Origin: a virus | Taxonomy: Duplodnaviria; Caudoviricetes | Virus record (IMG/VR): IMGVR_UViG_3300030376_003912 | Span: 1 to 37,361 of that record | Reading direction: 5' to 3' (one strand) | DNA length: 37,361 nucleotides | Shown: positions 26,878-34,144 of the stretch, one piece after another | Layout: every line of letters begins with the position of its first letter | Numbering within the stretch: the first letter of the stretch is position 1 | Position numbers and translations under genes: made by a program | Notes under the pieces: model-generated | What the model was told of the DNA's origin: nothing | The model's database searches: none | The model's input: the letters and a program-made list of their open reading frames with translations, nothing else

Positions 26878-27731
26878 TGAAGAAACTAGGAAGCCTCTGC
26901 ACCGGATACGGTGGTTTGGATTTAGCTGTTGAAGAATACTTTGGCGCTGAAATGGTTTGGTATTCAGAAATAGGAAAAGCGCCTTCAAAAATAGTTGACT
27001 ATCATTGGTCTGCAATTAACCCACCCAACTTAGGCGACTTAACAAAAACAAACTTTGATACAGTAGAGCCGGTAGACATTCTTTGTGCCGGATTTCCGTG
27101 TCAGCCTTTTTCAGTTGCCGGAAATAAGAAAGGAAGTAGCGATGAAAGGCATCTTTGGCCCATTATCAAAAACACTATCAGCTCATTACGACCCCGACTC
27201 AAAACAGTCGTCTTGGAAAACGTGCCAGCAATCTTTGGATTTCGGAACGTTGTCCCAACCATACTTGGAGACTTGTTCCAAATGGGGTTGCGTGACATCA
27301 GATGGTGCGTTGTGGGAGCTTACCAAGTCGGAGCGCCGATTAGAAGAAACAGATGGTTTTGCGTTGCTACCGAGTCCGGCAGTAAACGATATGGGGCGCG
27401 GCTACAAGACTCCGGCAGATTGGGAAGCGTGGGTTCAAACATTAAGCACGAAGTCTCACGGCAAAAGTATGAAAATAGAACTTCAAAAGATTATGGAGAG
27501 TACGCTCAAGCAATCCGACGATGGGAAGAAATAACAAGACCTGCACCAGATGAACTGTACGACGAAAAAGGCGCTCATAGTTTATTTGTGGAGTGGGTCA
27601 TGGGTTTGCCTTCTGGTTGGCTGACTGGTCATGGGTTAAGTCGTGCTGCTGAATTAAAATTATTAGGCAACGGTGTAGTTCCACAACAAGCGCTCCTGGC
27701 ATTCAAACAATTAGAAGGCTTCCCGAAATAA
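26877..27731 (+). CDS. C5 DNA cytosine methyltransferase
   Basis: GSLCTGYGG, GFPCQPFS, LENV, R.RWF, FVEWVMGLP, LGNGVVP. Confidence 0.88.
   Translation: MKKLGSLCTGYGGLDLAVEEYFGAEMVWYSEIGKAPSKIVDYHWSAINPPNLGDLTKTNFDTVEPVDILCAGFPCQPFSVAGNKKGSSDERHLWPIIKNTISSLRPRLKTVVLENVPAIFGFRNVVPTILGDLFQMGLRDIRWCVVGAYQVGAPIRRNRWFCVATESGSKRYGARLQDSGRLGSVGSNIKHEVSRQKYENRTSKDYGEYAQAIRRWEEITRPAPDELYDEKGAHSLFVEWVMGLPSGWLTGHGLSRAAELKLLGNGVVPQQALLAFKQLEGFPK
27142..27534 (+). CDS. Overprinted alternative-frame ORF inside the methyltransferase (possible beta subunit)
   Basis: AAGGAAG before ATG 27142; SSWKTCQ.SL and LLPSP...D motifs. Confidence 0.5.
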   Translation: MKGIFGPLSKTLSAHYDPDSKQSSWKTCQQSLDFGTLSQPYLETCSKWGCVTSDGALWELTKSERRLEETDGFALLPSPAVNDMGRGYKTPADWEAWVQTLSTKSHGKSMKIELQKIMESTLKQSDDGKK

Positions 27732-28048
27732 TGCCACGCTGGCCGGAACGTACTTTTGATGAAATGGTTGGGTTCAGAAAGAACCAGCCGACGGTCAAGA
27801 GTCAAGGGTATGTGAATTATGTTGATGCGAAAGTTTTGGTTCATCATCATTTCAGTTTGATGAAAGCTTTTGATGAAAGAGTTGCTGAGCTAAAAGAGTT
27901 TATTGCCGAATGCTATGACAGAGAACTCAAGACCGGAGAGGACTTTGAACCTGACGAAGAAAGAGCGAAAGAGTTGCGGAAAGAGTTGAGAAGTTTAGAG
28001 GACGGCATGAGCAGGTTGTTGGCTCATGCGAAATGGAGTAGTAATTAA
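27731..28048 (+). CDS. Hypothetical protein
   Basis: TAATG coupling. Confidence 0.6.
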   Translation: MPRWPERTFDEMVGFRKNQPTVKSQGYVNYVDAKVLVHHHFSLMKAFDERVAELKEFIAECYDRELKTGEDFEPDEERAKELRKELRSLEDGMSRLLAHAKWSSN

Positions 28049-28072
28049 TTTAAAGAAATATGCCGCAAAGTG

Positions 28073-28101
28073 TTGAAACCTTCCCCCACCTATGGTAAAG
28101 T
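28073..28101 (+). promoter_or_regulatory. Phage promoter, family copy 5
   Basis: TTGAAA-N17-TAAAGT; conserved spacer. Confidence 0.85.
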
Positions 28102-28107
28102 ACTTAT

Positions 28108-28245
28108 ATGAAGCAAACAGAGATTCAAAAGGAGCAAGTAATGGAAGATTCAAATATAGAGTTTGAGTTCAATGAAGAATTAGGGGACTTTCAAGTCTTT
28201 ATAGAAGAGGGAGAACCTAACCCTTTAGAAACAGAAAGAGAGTAA
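28108..28245 (+). CDS. Small acidic protein (second in-frame start 28141; not in ORF track)
   Basis: MKQTEIQKEQVMEDSNIEFEFNEE...; promoter and RBS. Confidence 0.6.
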   Translation: MKQTEIQKEQVMEDSNIEFEFNEELGDFQVFIEEGEPNPLETERE

Positions 28246-28248
28246 GCA

Positions 28249-28410
28249 ATGGGTAATCAAGAAGCAAGAGAAATGAAAGAACTCAAGCAAGAGCTTGAAG
28301 TTCTGAAAATGGAAAACGCAGGTTTGCGTTTATGTTTAACAAAACCATTATATAAATTTACTAGTAAACCAGAAGATGTCACAGTTGATGCTTCTAGGTT
28401 GACTTGGTAA
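28249..28410 (+). CDS. Small hypothetical protein (53 aa; not in ORF track)
   Basis: Open frame filling the gap between neighbours. Confidence 0.5.
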   Translation: MGNQEAREMKELKQELEVLKMENAGLRLCLTKPLYKFTSKPEDVTVDASRLTW

Positions 28411-28419
28411 GTTCAAGAT

Positions 28420-28818
28420 ATGAAGCGGACACCACTCAAACGAAAAACACCGCTACGGTCAAAAACTTATTTGAAACGTAAGACGAGATTGAAACCGATT
28501 TCAGATAAGCGCCGAAAGCTCCTGGCGCAGAGGCGAACATTTGTTCGGGAACAATTAGCCGCACGACCTGTCTGTGAAGCTGGTCCGGTTATTTCTGATT
28601 ACTACAGAACAAACCCTGTCCTGATTGAATGCGGAGTTGAATATCGTTGCAACAATCAGGCGGTGGATATTCATGAACCATTGACAAGAGCGAGAGGTGG
28701 TTCCATTGTTGATGTGGATAATTCTATGGCGGTTTGCCGTATGTGTCACGATTGGATTCACCGTAATCCACAACTAGCGACGGACCTTCATTTGCTCAAA
28801 AGAGCGAACATAGACTAG
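28420..28818 (+). CDS. HNH-like endonuclease
   Basis: DIHE...R.RGG...N...VCRMCHDWIH. Confidence 0.75.
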   Translation: MKRTPLKRKTPLRSKTYLKRKTRLKPISDKRRKLLAQRRTFVREQLAARPVCEAGPVISDYYRTNPVLIECGVEYRCNNQAVDIHEPLTRARGGSIVDVDNSMAVCRMCHDWIHRNPQLATDLHLLKRANID

Positions 28819-28821
28819 GAT

Positions 28822-29217
28822 ATGGAAATGCCGATAACGAAAACAGTTGTCCCACGCCGATGGGTTTTGGAAGATAGAGAAAAGTCTTGGACCGTGAACC
28901 AAGAACGCACCTGGCATTTCCATAAGCGAGCAAAAATGGTTCGTGATTGTCGGGAACGGTTTGGCTGGTTGGTAGCTGAACAGAAATTGCCTAGACTAGA
29001 CAAGGTAAAGGTTTCAATAGTTCCACTAGCGAAAGACAAACGTGGGATTCAAGATGTCGGAGCTTGTCTGCCTGCTGCAAAAGCGGCGGTTGATGCTCTG
29101 GTTGATATGGGCGTTATCCCTGATGACGATCCGAAACACGTGTTGGCATTAAGTTTTTATGCCACACAAATAATAGGCTACGACGGTTTGCGAGTCGTCA
29201 TACAAGAAACAAATTAA
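28822..29217 (+). CDS. RusA-like Holliday junction resolvase
   Basis: D......K...DAL...GVI.DD motif. Confidence 0.75.
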   Translation: MEMPITKTVVPRRWVLEDREKSWTVNQERTWHFHKRAKMVRDCRERFGWLVAEQKLPRLDKVKVSIVPLAKDKRGIQDVGACLPAAKAAVDALVDMGVIPDDDPKHVLALSFYATQIIGYDGLRVVIQETN

Positions 29218-29225
29218 GGAGAAAT

Positions 29226-29459
29226 ATGGAAACAACAGAATCAGTCGGTGCAACTCTGACGAAACAAATGAGAATAGGTTTAGACAAAGTAAACGAGTTG
29301 TCTATTCAGCGACGCGCCTGGTGGTATAAACAAAATCAGGAAGGTGTTCCACAAGCGACCCTTGCAAAAGAAGCAGGTGTTGTTACTCATACCGTTTACA
29401 CAGAAATCAGAAAATATAAGGAGAGCAAGCTATGTCACGAAATATCCCAGACCATTTAA
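29226..29459 (+). CDS. Small HTH protein
   Basis: QATLAKEAGV...TVY; AAGGAG RBS. Confidence 0.6.
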   Translation: METTESVGATLTKQMRIGLDKVNELSIQRRAWWYKQNQEGVPQATLAKEAGVVTHTVYTEIRKYKESKLCHEISQTI

Positions 29460-29653
29460 GACACTCGGCACATAAAGAAATCGTTGATGCGATAATTGCT
29501 GAACCAAAAAACCAAACATTGAGTTCTGCCGATATTTACAAAAACAAATTAAGAGCGGAGAAGCTTGAGGCAGAGCGTTACGACTCTGTGATGAGTGGAA
29601 TAGACGAGATGTTTAATTCTCTGCTTGAACAAATGGTAAAGGAGAACCAGTAA
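29432..29653 (+). CDS. Hypothetical protein
   Basis: AAGGAG RBS. Confidence 0.55.
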   Translation: MSRNIPDHLRHSAHKEIVDAIIAEPKNQTLSSADIYKNKLRAEKLEAERYDSVMSGIDEMFNSLLEQMVKENQ

Positions 29654-29859
29654 TGTCAGAAACTATTTCGCATGAACCGCCGAAAGACGAAAACGGCAGA
29701 TACACAGAAGAAGGTTTCATCGTTTCTTGCCGGAAATGTGGCGACTGGTCTTGGGTTAAAGACGCAGAACACAAGGAACAGCTTGAAGGGATAGAACGTG
29801 AACCGTTGAAAGGTCGTAGCAAATATATGTGCCGAGCTTGCATGGTTTCGTTGTTCTAA
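29653..29859 (+). CDS. Small zinc-binding protein
   Basis: CRKC...CRAC; RBS. Confidence 0.55.
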   Translation: MSETISHEPPKDENGRYTEEGFIVSCRKCGDWSWVKDAEHKEQLEGIEREPLKGRSKYMCRACMVSLF

Positions 29860-29952
29860 TGAAAGTCACAAGAGAAGATCGGGAACTTTACGACATTCCT
29901 CATCTTGACGAAATACAAAAACAGAAAACAGAAACAGAAAGAGAGAAAGAAT

Positions 29953-30231
29953 ATGAGCGACAGGTTTGCTGCAAACCGGCCCAAACCTAAACGGATTACC
30001 TATTGGTTTGGGATTCAGGAAAACTATCTTGACGACGACGGCACACCGCTTCAAGAAATAGACGTAAGTAAGTTTGAAGGTTTAGAAGATCAAGGCGTTC
30101 AAAAGGTTTACTGGTTCTGGTGCCGTAACTGCATCAGCACCGCTTTCGTTTTAAGTGAAGAAGATCGGAGCCGATTAACTGGTGTCTATAAAGAAGGCGA
30201 CAGAAACTATTTTATGTGTTGCATAGCTTAG
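29953..30231 (+). CDS. Hypothetical protein
   Basis: Open frame in the operon; ATG start chosen. Confidence 0.5.
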   Translation: MSDRFAANRPKPKRITYWFGIQENYLDDDGTPLQEIDVSKFEGLEDQGVQKVYWFWCRNCISTAFVLSEEDRSRLTGVYKEGDRNYFMCCIA

Positions 30232-30239
30232 GAGCGAAT

Positions 30240-30569
30240 ATGACCGAGACAACAAATAAACATAAGAGGCACGAATACAATCTGCCGCTTGATCAGCGCC
30301 TGGCTAAAGTAAAAGGAAAACGTAATGAGGGATATATTACGATTGAAACTCAAATGACGACTTTGAAGTTCCGGCAAATTGTTGAAGCTATAGACCACAG
30401 AATTGAAGAATTAGAGGACTTCGCGAACGATGCTTTTGATTCTGAAATAGTTGACGCGATTGAAGATCAGAAGGCAGGCAAACGATATGAGCGACATTTG
30501 CGACAACTGAAAGAAGCGAAAGAAACTTTGTGGAACGGAACAAAATGGTCAGGAAACCCTTTTAAATGA
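30240..30569 (+). CDS. Hypothetical protein
   Basis: AGGAG RBS before ATG 30240. Confidence 0.6.
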   Translation: MTETTNKHKRHEYNLPLDQRLAKVKGKRNEGYITIETQMTTLKFRQIVEAIDHRIEELEDFANDAFDSEIVDAIEDQKAGKRYERHLRQLKEAKETLWNGTKWSGNPFK

Positions 30570-31177
30570 AAATATTAAATCTGTATTCGGGAATTGGTGG
30601 CAACAGAAAGTATTGGAACGATCACGAAGTCACAGCGGTTGAAACAGACGAAAAGATTGCCGCCGTCTATAAATCTTTATATCCAAACGACACAGTTTTA
30701 ATTCAAGACGCACACGAATTTTTATTGCATAACCACAACGATTTTGATTTTATCTGGTCCAGTCCTCCATGCCAAAGTCATTCACGAATGCAGTTAGCGG
30801 GAAGAAATAGAAAACCTAGATATCCGGACATGAGACTTTACGAAGAAATTGTTTATCTTCGGCAATTCTCAAACGCTTACTGGATAGTTGAGAACGTGAA
30901 ACCCTATTACGGCGAACTGATTCCAGCCACTGTTATAGGTCGCCATTATTTCTGGTCCAATTTTTCTTTCACAGCTCAGGACGTTCCACGCCCTAAAGGA
31001 TTTATTAACCCGAAGCGAGTAGGGAAACAAGATTTGATGGATTGGTTAGGAATTTATTATGAAGGGAATGTTTATTACGATGGGAACCATTGCCCTTTTC
31101 AAGTCTTGAGAAATTGTGTGCATCCGGAAATAGGTCGCCAGATTTTAGATTGCCTGGAACCGTTAAAAATGACTTAA
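30566..31177 (+). CDS. Short C5-methyltransferase-like protein
   Basis: LNLYSGIGG, SPPCQSHS, VENV, RNCV. Confidence 0.8.
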   Translation: MKILNLYSGIGGNRKYWNDHEVTAVETDEKIAAVYKSLYPNDTVLIQDAHEFLLHNHNDFDFIWSSPPCQSHSRMQLAGRNRKPRYPDMRLYEEIVYLRQFSNAYWIVENVKPYYGELIPATVIGRHYFWSNFSFTAQDVPRPKGFINPKRVGKQDLMDWLGIYYEGNVYYDGNHCPFQVLRNCVHPEIGRQILDCLEPLKMT

Positions 31178-31207
31178 AAGAAATAGTAAGAAATATGTCG
31201 CAAATGT

Positions 31208-31236
31208 TTGAAACCTTGCCCCACCTATGGCATACT
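31208..31236 (+). promoter_or_regulatory. Phage promoter, family copy 6
   Basis: TTGAAA-N17-CATACT. Confidence 0.85.
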
Positions 31237-31242
31237 AGAAAC

Positions 31243-31566
31243 ATGAAGGAAACAACAACAAAAGGAGAAGCTTTCATGTTAAACAAATCATTAGAAATGG
31301 AAATAGAGTTTCAGGCACACATGTTTATTTCAGCAACAAGCAAAGCTGTTGAAACTATTTACAGTGTAGAAACAGCAGAAGAAGCAGACGAGGCAATCAC
31401 TGAATTGATAGAAGCAATACAAGATCACCGACTAGCATTTCAAAGCTCTTACGGCGAAATTGGCGAACTATATGAAGCAATTCAAGAAGCAAGATGGCAA
31501 CTAGACAGAAGGTTCATTGAAGAAAACGGAGTTCCTCTTAACTGTGGATTTATCCCACAAGTTTAA
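31243..31566 (+). CDS. Acidic hypothetical protein (second in-frame start 31276)
   Basis: Promoter and RBS. Confidence 0.7.
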   Translation: MKETTTKGEAFMLNKSLEMEIEFQAHMFISATSKAVETIYSVETAEEADEAITELIEAIQDHRLAFQSSYGEIGELYEAIQEARWQLDRRFIEENGVPLNCGFIPQV

Positions 31567-31598
31567 CAAACTCAACAACAACAGAAAGAGCAAGCAAA

Positions 31599-31934
31599 TT
31601 GAAAACATTTACTCAAAAACAAGAGCAGCAGTTAATTAAAAACCATCAGGCAAACTTTGGTAAAGAAGAAACCACAGATTTCAAACCTGTCGTAAAACTT
31701 ATGGTCCGTGTCGGCGGTAATGCGACCTGGTTATTGTCTGAACTAGAACCAGAATCACGCATCGCTTTCGGCCTCTGTGATCTCGGAATGGGATCACCTG
31801 AATTGGGATATGTAAGCATTGACGATCTTGAAAAATTAGGTTGGCAATTAGAACGCGACATGTATTTTGAAGCTAAGAAAACTTTGAAAGAATACACCGT
31901 TTCTTCACGGAACATGGGAAGCATTGTCGCATGA
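31599..31934 (+). CDS. DUF2958-family protein
   Basis: PVVKL...ATWLLSE, FGLCDLGMG.PELGYVS, ERD.YF. Confidence 0.8.
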   Translation: MKTFTQKQEQQLIKNHQANFGKEETTDFKPVVKLMVRVGGNATWLLSELEPESRIAFGLCDLGMGSPELGYVSIDDLEKLGWQLERDMYFEAKKTLKEYTVSSRNMGSIVA

Positions 31935-32479
31935 GAATTCCTGATCGTGTCCGAATCATTTTCGCTCTTGCTGTGACTGTCAGTTGTGGCGCTCATCAAG
32001 TTGCTGTCGGGTTATCCGGCGAGCCGGTTGAGAGCTGGACCTATTCTGATTCAGTGCAGCAACGAACAACGATTTTGCCGGAACCAAAGCCAACTGTAGA
32101 GACCGACCCCTTTCTGGTTTCTACGACTACATATATTGAAGCTGATACGACTTCAACTTTGGTTCCGGCAGTTACGCTTCTTGACTTGATTCAAGAATAC
32201 TTTCAACCGGAAGATTGGGACTGGGCATTGCGAGTGGCTTTCTGCGAGTCGTCTGCTCAATCCTACGATACGACTAGCGACGCTCGTCATCCGAGTTCGG
32301 GTGCTTCTGGCTGGTTCCAGCATCTTCCAAAATTTTGGGAGGAACGATCACGGAAAGCTGGAATACCTGGCGGAGACATTATGGACCCAAGAAACAATGT
32401 TCTTGTTGCTGCATGGCTTCTGTATGAAACTTCGCAGGGTACTTCTCACTGGTATCCGTCAGAGCATTGTTGGGAATAA
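31931..32479 (+). CDS. Exported lytic transglycosylase (SLT-like)
   Basis: N-terminal hydrophobic segment, Thr-rich linker, CESS...ASGWFQ...DP..N. Confidence 0.75.
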   Translation: MRIPDRVRIIFALAVTVSCGAHQVAVGLSGEPVESWTYSDSVQQRTTILPEPKPTVETDPFLVSTTTYIEADTTSTLVPAVTLLDLIQEYFQPEDWDWALRVAFCESSAQSYDTTSDARHPSSGASGWFQHLPKFWEERSRKAGIPGGDIMDPRNNVLVAAWLLYETSQGTSHWYPSEHCWE

Positions 32480-32505
32480 AGATGTCAAATAATAAGGAGA
32501 AAGAA

Positions 32506-32844
32506 ATGCAAAATTATGCTAGTTTCGCTGTCGCTAGAAATAGTGATCCTGACACAAGTTGGGAGGCGGCTGAATCGTTAGGCGATTTAGGCAAACTACA
32601 ACAGAAGGTTCTTGAAGTGTTGAAGCAAATAGGACCGGCTACAGATGAAGCTATTCACGAATTTTATGAGTGGATGTACGATACAAGAGTTTCACCATCA
32701 ACAACACGGACACGGCGCAAAGAATTGCAAGACATGAACCTGGTAGTTCTGGTAGATAGGAACGGAACGACTAAAGGTGGCAGGCGCTGTCAAAGATTTG
32801 CAATTAACCATGTCGCTAATCATTTACAGTTGGAGTTGATCTGA
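32506..32844 (+). CDS. Winged-helix-like phage protein
   Basis: AR.SDP.TS..AA, TDE, RTRR.EL motifs; AAGGAG RBS. Confidence 0.6.
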   Translation: MQNYASFAVARNSDPDTSWEAAESLGDLGKLQQKVLEVLKQIGPATDEAIHEFYEWMYDTRVSPSTTRTRRKELQDMNLVVLVDRNGTTKGGRRCQRFAINHVANHLQLELI

Positions 32845-32846
32845 AT

Positions 32847-33092
32847 ATGTCGGAACCGGAAGAAGAAACCCACCCGACCCTATGTTGGGAAATTAACGAA
32901 ACAGAATACGAGCTTGCATTTGGTTATGTAGATAATGAACCTACTGCCGCTTTATTTATTAAAGACCGGCCAGAAGTTCAGGCGTTAATTCCACAGGAAG
33001 TTCTCGGCATAGCTGCTGAGCAGGGTTGGCTTACGCAGGAATTGTTGTGGGAAGAAAACGATAAGCGATTATTGGATAAGCGTTCCGAATAG
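32847..33092 (+). CDS. Acidic hypothetical protein
   Basis: ORF in the operon. Confidence 0.55.
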   Translation: MSEPEEETHPTLCWEINETEYELAFGYVDNEPTAALFIKDRPEVQALIPQEVLGIAAEQGWLTQELLWEENDKRLLDKRSE

Positions 33093-33109
33093 AGGCTATC
33101 CTTTATTTC

Positions 33110-33337
33110 ATGACGAAATTATTAGAAGAAACTGACGACTGGTTTTTGTTCCAAATTGGGAACGAGGGTTATGTTCCGTTTGGGGAAAAGTATGTTTTTA
33201 AGCGTGATGTGAATAAGGGCGACATAAGAGGGAAAGCTGGTACCACGAAAATGTTTTACACTGAAACTCTTGGCGATGGTTCTCCTTGCCTGGAACCACG
33301 CAAAATAGGACTTAGAAAGAAATATAAGAAATCTTGA
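33110..33337 (+). CDS. Hypothetical protein
   Basis: ORF; TATCCT 7 nt upstream suggests a leaderless start. Confidence 0.5.
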   Translation: MTKLLEETDDWFLFQIGNEGYVPFGEKYVFKRDVNKGDIRGKAGTTKMFYTETLGDGSPCLEPRKIGLRKKYKKS

Positions 33338-33355
33338 TAAATATGCCGCAAAATG

Positions 33356-33384
33356 TTGAAACCTTCCCCCACCTATGGTAAAGT
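33356..33384 (+). promoter_or_regulatory. Phage promoter, family copy 7
   Basis: TTGAAA-N17-TAAAGT. Confidence 0.85.
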
Positions 33385-33390
33385 ACTTAT

Positions 33391-33636
33391 ATGAAGCAAA
33401 CAAACAAAAAAGGAGAAGCTTCCAAAATGAAATCACAAATTGTTTCTTACAAAGGTCACCAGATACAAGTAGAGGAAGATGGCGACATCACAGTATGGGA
33501 ACTAAACACTGACGGTAATGCGCTTGGTCACTTCTTGGTTAGTTCTTTTAAAGAAGCCAAAGAAGAAATTACTAGGATCGTTAATGAACAACGCGAATAC
33601 GAAAAAACTGTGAAGATATTCGGACTGAATGGTTAA
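33391..33636 (+). CDS. Hypothetical protein (second in-frame start 33427)
   Basis: Promoter and RBS. Confidence 0.7.
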   Translation: MKQTNKKGEASKMKSQIVSYKGHQIQVEEDGDITVWELNTDGNALGHFLVSSFKEAKEEITRIVNEQREYEKTVKIFGLNG

Positions 33637-33661
33637 GTCGGGTTCAATTCCCGACAGTCCA
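33622..33661 (+). other. tRNA-like minihelix (acceptor stem + T arm)
   Basis: GGACTG-N10-TCGGG-TTCAATT-CCCGA-CAGTCC-A. Confidence 0.6.
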
Positions 33662-33697
33662 CGATAAGATAAAAAAGTACTTGAAAACTAAATAACT

Positions 33698-33788
33698 AAC
33701 GGCAGGTAAGCGGTGTCTGTTTTTCTGTATTCCAGACATCATCACTCCTTTTGTGGTTTGCTTCATATCTAGCTTGCCTGCCGTTTTT
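33698..33788 (+). ncRNA. Candidate trans-acting antisense sRNA
   Basis: 14-bp closing stem, inner hairpin, exposed CTCCTTTTGTGGTTTGCTTCATAT complementary to the leaders of six phage transcripts. Confidence 0.65.
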
Positions 33789-33846
33789 CTTCTGCTAGTG
33801 CTAACTGAACAGAAAGCACCTTCTTAGGAAGTCCGATAGCAGAACC

Positions 33847-33893
33847 GAAATGGCCCACTGTGCTTGCTTGCTCCGGTGGGTCATTTCTTTTTT
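33847..33893 (+). terminator. Intrinsic terminator ending the early arm
   Basis: GAAATGGCCCACTG/CGGTGGGTCATTTC 14-bp stem (2 G-U) + T6. Confidence 0.8.
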
Positions 33894-34120
33894 CTATGTA
33901 GCTTTTCCCGATGTCGTCTGCGTTGCCGTTCTCCTTTACCACCCCAGATGCCATGCTCAAGTGGCCAGAGTGAAGAATTGAGGCATTGCTGTTGGACTTT
34001 GCAACTGCCACAGATTTCGGCGGCTTGCGGACTTATGCGTTCTCCTACTTCGGGAAACCACCATTCGGTTGGTTGGCCTAAACAGTTGGCTTTCTTTCTC
34101 CAGTTGTCATCTTTTGACAT
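33881..34120 (-). CDS. whiB: WhiB-family transcription factor
   Basis: Four conserved Cys (C...CxxC.....C), GIWGG turn, basic C-terminus. Confidence 0.9.
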   Translation of the reverse strand: MSKDDNWRKKANCLGQPTEWWFPEVGERISPQAAEICGSCKVQQQCLNSSLWPLEHGIWGGKGERQRRRHREKLHRKKK

Positions 34121-34144
34121 TCCTTAATGATACCGGAACGTTAT

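Noticed and set aside
33600-33665. Complete tRNA or tmRNA gene / attP
   Set aside because: No D or anticodon arm, no tag-reading region, no CCA; no integrase recognised in the window.
33769-34127. ORFs 33769-34011 (-) and 33864-34127 (+)
   Set aside because: They overlap the well-supported whiB gene and RNA structures; no recognisable motifs.
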